Notes under the pieces: model-generated
Databases searched by the model: none
What the model was told of the DNA's origin: nothing
What the model saw: only the letters and a program-made list of their open reading frames with translations
Shown: positions 58,333 through 64,000 of the stretch, in pieces
How positions within the stretch are numbered: the first letter of the stretch is position 1
Layout of the letters: each line of letters opens with the position of its first letter
Position numbers and translations under genes: made by a program
Assembly: GCA_965219445.1 (NCBI GenBank)
Contig: CBDCNQ010000005.1
Location: forward strand, 256,001-320,000
Length of the DNA: 64,000 nucleotides
Source of the DNA: Longimicrobiales bacterium
Lineage (GTDB): Bacteria > Gemmatimonadota > Gemmatimonadetes > Longimicrobiales > Gaopeijiaceae
Reading direction: 5' to 3'

Positions 58333-59919
58333 GTGAAACGCTTTCTGATGATCGCGATCGCTATCATGGCCACGACACTCGCCGACGCCACTGCAGCCTC
58401 AGCGCGGGCCGGTGGGGAGGGGGGGGCGCTCGCGGGCGCCGACAACGTGTGGTGCGGAGATCTGACCTCGTCCTCGATTATGGAGGGGACCGTCACGAGC
58501 GCCGAAGTGGTCGAGACCGGGGCGTTCACGCCTCCGGTCGCATCAGGCGGTCGCGCCCCCTCGAGGGCTTCGGTGACCCGCACTTACGGTGCTTTGCCCG
58601 CGTTCTGCCGGGTGATCGCCACACTCCGACCCACGAACGATTCGAACATCACCGTCGAGGTGTGGATGCCGCTCTCGGGATGGAACGGAAAATACCAGGC
58701 GGTCGGGAACGGTGCGTTCAGGGGATCGATCAGTCATAGCGCCATGGCTGCCGCGCTGGCCAACGGCTACGCGACCAGCTCGACCGATACCGGGCATATC
58801 GGCAACACGGCAGAGTTTGGTCTCGATCATCCCGAGAAGGTCGTCGACTTCGGCTGGCGCTCGCTGCACCTGATGGCTGTCCTCACCAAGGAGGTCATCG
58901 CGGCTCATTACGATGAGGCTCTCCGCTACTCCTATTGGAACGGGTGTTCCGCCGGCGGCCGCCAGGCGATGAAGATGGCGCAGGCCTTTCCCGAAGACTT
59001 CGACGGCATCGTGGCCGGAGCACCGGGCCAGGATTGGAGCGGACGTGCAGCCGGAGCACTCCGAGTCGCCACGTATCTGGAATCCAACCCAGCCGCCCGT
59101 CTCTCCGAAGATGACAGATTGCTTGTGCATGCGGCGGCAATCAGCGCGTGCGACGCGGCTGATGGTGTCGTGGACGGCGTTATCGACAGCCCTCAGCGTT
59201 GTGATTTCGACCCCGCCGTCCTCCGATGTGAGGGTGCCAAGAACGGCTCCTGCCTGACGGCCGCACAGGTCGGGACCGTGCGGATGCTGTACACGTCCCC
59301 GGTGAATCCCAGCACCAACCGGGAGATTACCGGTCTGGTTCCGGGGAGCGAGCTCAACTGGACCGACCTCGGGTGGACCAACTCCGCACGCGCCACCGGC
59401 CTCGAACTTTATCGTTATCTGGTATACGGCGACCCCAACTGGACCATCGACCGATTCGATTTCGACACCGATATCGTGAAGGCGGAGGAGACCGACGACG
59501 AGACGCTGAATGCCCTCGATCCTGACCTCGAGCCGTTCTTCGCCCGGGGCGGCAAGTTGCTCGCGTATCACGGCTGGAGCGACGCGCAGATTTCACCCTT
59601 GAACGCCACCCAGTATTACGAGCGTGTGGTGGAATCCGTCGGGAGTGCCGAGGAAGTTCACGACTCGTATCGTCTGTTCATGGCGCCGGGCATGGGGCAT
59701 TGCGGCGGTGGTGAGGGACCCAGCGCTTTTGACAAGATGGCGCTAATTGAAGCGTGGGTCGAAGAGGGTCGAGCGCCAGACCGGGTGCTTGCGACCAAGT
59801 TCGGTCCGGAGGGCGAAGTGGAGATGCGCCGCCCGCTGTGCGCTTACCCGGCGAGGGCTGTTTACGACGGGAACGGAGACCCGAAAAGGGAGGATAGCTT
59901 CTCGTGCGCCACACGCTGA
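58333..59919 (+). CDS. tannase/feruloyl esterase family alpha/beta hydrolase
   Basis: GCSAGG, STDTGH, YHGWSD, PGMGHCGGG (CS-D-HC motif). Confidence 0.93.
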   Translation: MKRFLMIAIAIMATTLADATAASARAGGEGGALAGADNVWCGDLTSSSIMEGTVTSAEVVETGAFTPPVASGGRAPSRASVTRTYGALPAFCRVIATLRPTNDSNITVEVWMPLSGWNGKYQAVGNGAFRGSISHSAMAAALANGYATSSTDTGHIGNTAEFGLDHPEKVVDFGWRSLHLMAVLTKEVIAAHYDEALRYSYWNGCSAGGRQAMKMAQAFPEDFDGIVAGAPGQDWSGRAAGALRVATYLESNPAARLSEDDRLLVHAAAISACDAADGVVDGVIDSPQRCDFDPAVLRCEGAKNGSCLTAAQVGTVRMLYTSPVNPSTNREITGLVPGSELNWTDLGWTNSARATGLELYRYLVYGDPNWTIDRFDFDTDIVKAEETDDETLNALDPDLEPFFARGGKLLAYHGWSDAQISPLNATQYYERVVESVGSAEEVHDSYRLFMAPGMGHCGGGEGPSAFDKMALIEAWVEEGRAPDRVLATKFGPEGEVEMRRPLCAYPARAVYDGNGDPKREDSFSCATR

Positions 59920-59959
59920 CGAGGCCGGGATAGAGAGGTCCGCCTGCGAGGCCGGAGCC

Positions 59960-62026
59960 TCAAGGAATGCTGAGCGCCACCAGCGCGCCGGGCACCGGCA
60001 GGATGATGCGCTGCCGCCCCTCGTGCATATAGGACATCATCCCGTACATCCCAAGGCCCGGCATCTCCAGGCTTCCCAGACGCTCGCCGGTCGCCTTGTC
60101 CACAGCGTAGAGGAACGGGGTATTCCCGTCCTCACCGCGAGCGGTATGAAGGAGCAAGCTCGGCGTCACCATCATGGCGGAGTGGGTCAGATTCCCCGTG
60201 GGAGGGATGTCCAACCCCCGCAACGCCGGGTGGTCCTGAATGAACTGCGGTGTACCCCCGTTCGGAATCCACCACAGACGCTCGCCGCTGTTCAGGTCGA
60301 TCGCGCTGATTCGGCTGTATGGCGGCTTTGTGAGCGGTAAGCCCTGGGGACCGGGAATACCGGCCGCACTGCCCCTCCACAGGGCATAATCCGGGACGGT
60401 CCTCCCTGTCGGTTGCCAGCTCGTCAGCTCGCCGTCCACCTCCTCTCCCGGTCCAACGATCCGCATCGCACAGTTCGTCCGTGAGACGACGTAAATGACT
60501 CCCGTTTGGGGGTCGGCTGCCGGTGGGCCGCTGATGTTGGTGCCGCCCAGTTCGCCGGGACACCAGATCGAGCCGACCAGCCCGTCGGGATTGTCCCGGT
60601 TCAGGGGCGGATTGAAGAGAGGCCCTAGCCGATAATCCGCCGTCATCTCCAGTGCCTCTCGCCGCAGCTCGGGCGTGAAGTCGATGAGGTCGTCCTCGGT
60701 AAGCCCTTGCAAATCGTACGGCGCCGGCTTGGTGGGGAACGGTTGGGTGCTCGATAACCGGTCGCCAGGAATCTCCGAGGGGGGCACGGGCCGCTCCTCA
60801 ATGGGCCAGATGGGCTCGCCCGTCTCGCGGTTGAAGGCGTAGATCATCGACTGTTTCGTGGCCTGGAACACCCCCGGAATCCTCTGCCCGTCCACCGTGA
60901 CATCCAGCAGAACCGGCGCCGTCGGGGTGTCGTAGTTCCAGATGTCGTGATGGACCAACTGGTAGTGCCAGATGCGTTGACCCGTCTGCACGTCCAGCGC
61001 GATGACGCTGGTGCCGAACAGGAGGTCCCCGGGACGCCAGCCCGCAGAGTAGTCTATCGTCCCTCCCTTCGTCGGGATGTAGACGATCCCGCGCTCCGGA
61101 TCGGCGGACATTGGCGCCCACGAGCCGATGTTGCCCGACCAGGCCCACGCATCGCTCTCCCAGGTGTCGTGGCCGAACTCGCCGGGCCGCGGGATCACGT
61201 GGAACTTCCAGAGGTGCTCGCCGGTCCGGGCGTCGTAGGCCACGATGTCGCCGGGGATGTTCTCGATCCGGGTCTGGTTCTGACCGTTTTCATGTGAGGT
61301 CCCCACGATCACTACACCGTTGACCACGATCGGAGGGGAGGACGCGGTGGCGTAGCCGATCTCGAGCGGGATCCCCTGGTACGGATCCCACGGCTGGTTG
61401 AGGCTCTCCCAGGGATCCCAGCCCCGGGCCTGATCTTCCAGGGCGTCCACCACTCCGGTCTGAGGGAAGCCCTCGATCGCCACCGGCCTCCCCCAGTTCT
61501 GTAGCGGCCGGCCCGTCTTGGCGTCCAGCGCCCAGAGGAAGCGAGCTGGGCTGATGCTGAAGATCACTCCCCGGCCGTCCACCTCGGCGTAAGCAACACC
61601 CTTTCCGTTGTTGGCCCGCATGGAATGCTCCCACCGGAAGGTGTCCGGCTCCCGGAAGCTCCAGATAATGACACCCGTGCCGGCATCGATGGCCACCACG
61701 CTCCGGCGATCCCCGGCCACGGTGTAGAGCACCCCGTCCACGTAGATGGGCGTGGAGCGGGCCAGGAGGACCCCAAAGCTGTCCCCTCTCCAGATCCACT
61801 CGACCTCGAGATTCTCGAAATTCGAGGCGTTGACCTGGTTTAGCGGCGAGTATCTGGTGTGCGAGGCGTCCCCGCCGATGTAGCGCCACTCCCCCCGCTC
61901 GGCCCCCTGCATGGATTGGGAAGTCTGGGCAGCACACGGCGCCGGCAGGGGAACCAAGATTCCGAGAGCCGCGGTGAGCCAGGCTCCGAGCAAGGGGAGT
62001 CTGAAGCCGTGCGTCTCTCTTCTCAT
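59960..62026 (-). CDS. PQQ-binding beta-propeller quinoprotein, copy 4
   Basis: EWRYIGGD, WHYQLVHHDIWNYD, KPPYSRISAIDL; AGGAGG RBS. Confidence 0.9.
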   Translation of the reverse strand: MRRETHGFRLPLLGAWLTAALGILVPLPAPCAAQTSQSMQGAERGEWRYIGGDASHTRYSPLNQVNASNFENLEVEWIWRGDSFGVLLARSTPIYVDGVLYTVAGDRRSVVAIDAGTGVIIWSFREPDTFRWEHSMRANNGKGVAYAEVDGRGVIFSISPARFLWALDAKTGRPLQNWGRPVAIEGFPQTGVVDALEDQARGWDPWESLNQPWDPYQGIPLEIGYATASSPPIVVNGVVIVGTSHENGQNQTRIENIPGDIVAYDARTGEHLWKFHVIPRPGEFGHDTWESDAWAWSGNIGSWAPMSADPERGIVYIPTKGGTIDYSAGWRPGDLLFGTSVIALDVQTGQRIWHYQLVHHDIWNYDTPTAPVLLDVTVDGQRIPGVFQATKQSMIYAFNRETGEPIWPIEERPVPPSEIPGDRLSSTQPFPTKPAPYDLQGLTEDDLIDFTPELRREALEMTADYRLGPLFNPPLNRDNPDGLVGSIWCPGELGGTNISGPPAADPQTGVIYVVSRTNCAMRIVGPGEEVDGELTSWQPTGRTVPDYALWRGSAAGIPGPQGLPLTKPPYSRISAIDLNSGERLWWIPNGGTPQFIQDHPALRGLDIPPTGNLTHSAMMVTPSLLLHTARGEDGNTPFLYAVDKATGERLGSLEMPGLGMYGMMSYMHEGRQRIILPVPGALVALSIP

Positions 62027-62094
62027 CTCTCTTCTCCTCCTTCGCTTATTCGGCTCTGACGTCACCGCCAATCCCGGGTGGTGAAGGGCCGAAC

Positions 62095-63600
62095 TCACAT
62101 TATAGGCCCAACGATCTCCCTCGCCTCTCCCGTTAGCTCGACGATGTGCATGCCCGTATTCGCCCGATCCACGAGATAGATGTAACCACGATCATCGACC
62201 TCCACGTTATTTGTCTGGATAGCGACTTTACACCGGTCCTGGCCGGCTACAGTGATGCATCGCTCGGCGGTGTTTTCGTTGATGGCGGGGACGTAATAGC
62301 CAACCTCGACGGGGTTGTAGGGGTCGCGAATATCCACGACCCGCACGCCGGCATTGAACCACGTGACAAACAGGAGCTTACCGTAGTAGATGGGCGTGGA
62401 ATTCTCATGGGACCCATGGGCGCCGAAGCGCCCGCCGCGCTGGCAAAAGTCGCCGCTGGCTTCAGGAACGTTGAAGCTGGAGACGGGCCACGGGTGCGCT
62501 TCGTCCGTAATTTCCACCATGAACACCATCTGCCGCGCCTGGCCCGTGCATTCGTTTAGGGTTTGCTCGTTAACGACTGCGACGAAATCCTGCCGATCCA
62601 TAGCCTGATCGTTGGCAAACTCTTCGAGCTGCATATCGAGGATCGGCAAGGTCGTGTGGGCCCCCATGTAGTCCGGTAGCCTGAGCTGTCCGACCACGGG
62701 TGCGCTCAGCTCCTCTGCGGTCGGCTTGGCAGGATCCACGAGCGAATCATTGATGAGGATGTCGCGACCCAAGATCGTAAGCACGCCGCGCGCCGCCGTA
62801 CCGTGGCCGCAGTAGACGCAGTTTTTTTCCACCACCGAAACGCAGCCATGCAGCTCCATGCCATTGACATCTTGGCCCGAGGGGGCATCACTGGTCCCGC
62901 CGGGCTGCTGTCCGACCAGGCCGAAGTTGCGGATGAATTTCGGCTCCGAGGGATCGCGGAAGTCATAGATCTGCATCATACGATCTGTACTCCAGCCAGG
63001 GACGCCCGATACGACATAGGCGACGCCCGTCTCGCATTCCCACCAGGTTTTGTGGGTATCCGTGAGGCCGTCGACAACAAGACTCAGCAGTTCCGGCGCA
63101 GCAGGATCGGTCACATCGAAAACCTGATGGTAGGAGGCACCCGCTCGCAGTAGGTAGGCTCGGCCGGCTCGACCGTTCGGTAGCTCGTCGCCTGTGCAGA
63201 TTCGTACCATCTGGGCCCCTGAGCTGCCCTCGATGGGTGGGATGTGGTGAAGATAGACCGGATTCCCCGGGTCTGTGACGTCGACGAGCGACGTCCCGTT
63301 CTGTTCGACGTCACCTGTCAACGTATTCAGAGATTCCCCGGCATGATGTCCGACATAAGCGATCCATCGTTCTTCCCCGGCGACGATCTGTCGCTTGATC
63401 TCAGGTTGATAGGCCGTCCGGGCCTGAAGCGCGTCGTGACCGAGCAGGCGCACGTTATCGCTCTGGGCTCCATTCGGGCCGTCAGGCCAGACCGGACTGG
63501 CCCAGAGATTCTGTTGGCTGACCGCCGCTAGGCTCCAGGCGCCTAACGCGATCATCAGGAAGAGAGGACGGAGAAGTCTCGGGTGGTGTGATGGCTGCAT
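62095..63600 (-). CDS. LVIVD-repeat secreted protein
   Basis: SLVDVTDPGNP, VFDVTDPAAP, VVDIRDPYNPVEVGYY. Confidence 0.8.
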   Translation of the reverse strand: MQPSHHPRLLRPLFLMIALGAWSLAAVSQQNLWASPVWPDGPNGAQSDNVRLLGHDALQARTAYQPEIKRQIVAGEERWIAYVGHHAGESLNTLTGDVEQNGTSLVDVTDPGNPVYLHHIPPIEGSSGAQMVRICTGDELPNGRAGRAYLLRAGASYHQVFDVTDPAAPELLSLVVDGLTDTHKTWWECETGVAYVVSGVPGWSTDRMMQIYDFRDPSEPKFIRNFGLVGQQPGGTSDAPSGQDVNGMELHGCVSVVEKNCVYCGHGTAARGVLTILGRDILINDSLVDPAKPTAEELSAPVVGQLRLPDYMGAHTTLPILDMQLEEFANDQAMDRQDFVAVVNEQTLNECTGQARQMVFMVEITDEAHPWPVSSFNVPEASGDFCQRGGRFGAHGSHENSTPIYYGKLLFVTWFNAGVRVVDIRDPYNPVEVGYYVPAINENTAERCITVAGQDRCKVAIQTNNVEVDDRGYIYLVDRANTGMHIVELTGEAREIVGPIM

Positions 63601-63772
63601 GGGCTCCCTCCTGGAAGGGGCGCACAGGCTCGGAATCGTTGACCCGAATAAGGATAGGCGATTCAGGAACTAGCGCAAAAGGGCTGAGCTCGCACCGCAC
63701 CGCCGTCGCGGTTACAGAGCTTGTCGCGGAGTACCGGTTGGCGAAACGCCGAACCGCGGTCCCGACTCCACC

Positions 63773-64000
63773 CTAGCGAGCTACCACGCGGAACGACCAC
63801 CAATGATCCGGACGTGGTGTGCCTACAGGTACTGCCGGGTTTATGGGTGAACTGTGAACCTGCAGCTTGTCTACCCTCGCTTCCCAGGCACGATCTAGTT
63901 CGTTTGGATTCAGTACCCGGATAGCAGTTACAGGGTATACAGTCCCGTCCAGTCGCATTCTAGCACTGCTATTGTCAAGCACTGCACTGGCCCACCGCTT
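63773..64000 (-). CDS. hypothetical protein, 3' part only
   Basis: Open frame entering from the window edge, ending WWSFRVVAR*. Confidence 0.55.
   Translation of the reverse strand, partial: KRWASAVLDNSSARMRLDGTVYPVTAIRVLNPNELDRAWEARVDKLQVHSSPINPAVPVGTPRPDHWWSFRVVAR

Noticed and set aside
1..64000. CRISPR array, tRNA or rRNA genes
   Set aside because: No regularly spaced repeats or recognisable stable-RNA motifs were seen by eye; a covariance-model scan was not possible.

Overview
A GC-rich bacterial window, probably Gemmatimonadota-like (inferred from the style of the gene families, not verified). It is an accessory mosaic dominated by secreted, lipoprotein and Tat-exported catabolic or uncharacterised proteins. 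These include four PQQ-type beta-propeller dehydrogenases (two are a near-tandem 722-aa pair), two tandem amidases, an M28 peptidase, two amidohydrolases, a phosphotriesterase plus two MmgE/PrpD genes, a tannase/feruloyl esterase, a cyclase, an FAD oxidoreductase and several propeller proteins (YncE, FG-GAP, Kelch, LVIVD). Also present are an ECF sigma/anti-sigma/Spy-like operon, DegP with a sigma-54 promoter, a vapBC-type toxin-antitoxin pair with tandem palindromic operators, and two IS elements (IS3-type at the left edge; IS256 inside an archaeal-type GAPDH-like gene). Several genes are broken: PAP2, trkA, a lipoprotein, the GNAT 5' end and probably one PQQ paralog. The most unusual signal is up to six short, same-strand stubs of a Ser/Thr-kinase 5' end (M-[SP]-D-P-V-[AT]-R-L-N...) at junctions between unrelated gene modules. 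Two of them share a 77-bp upstream promoter-like block, and no intact kinase is present in the window. I recognised no rRNA, tRNA or CRISPR array. All calls are by eye from motifs; no database searches were run.
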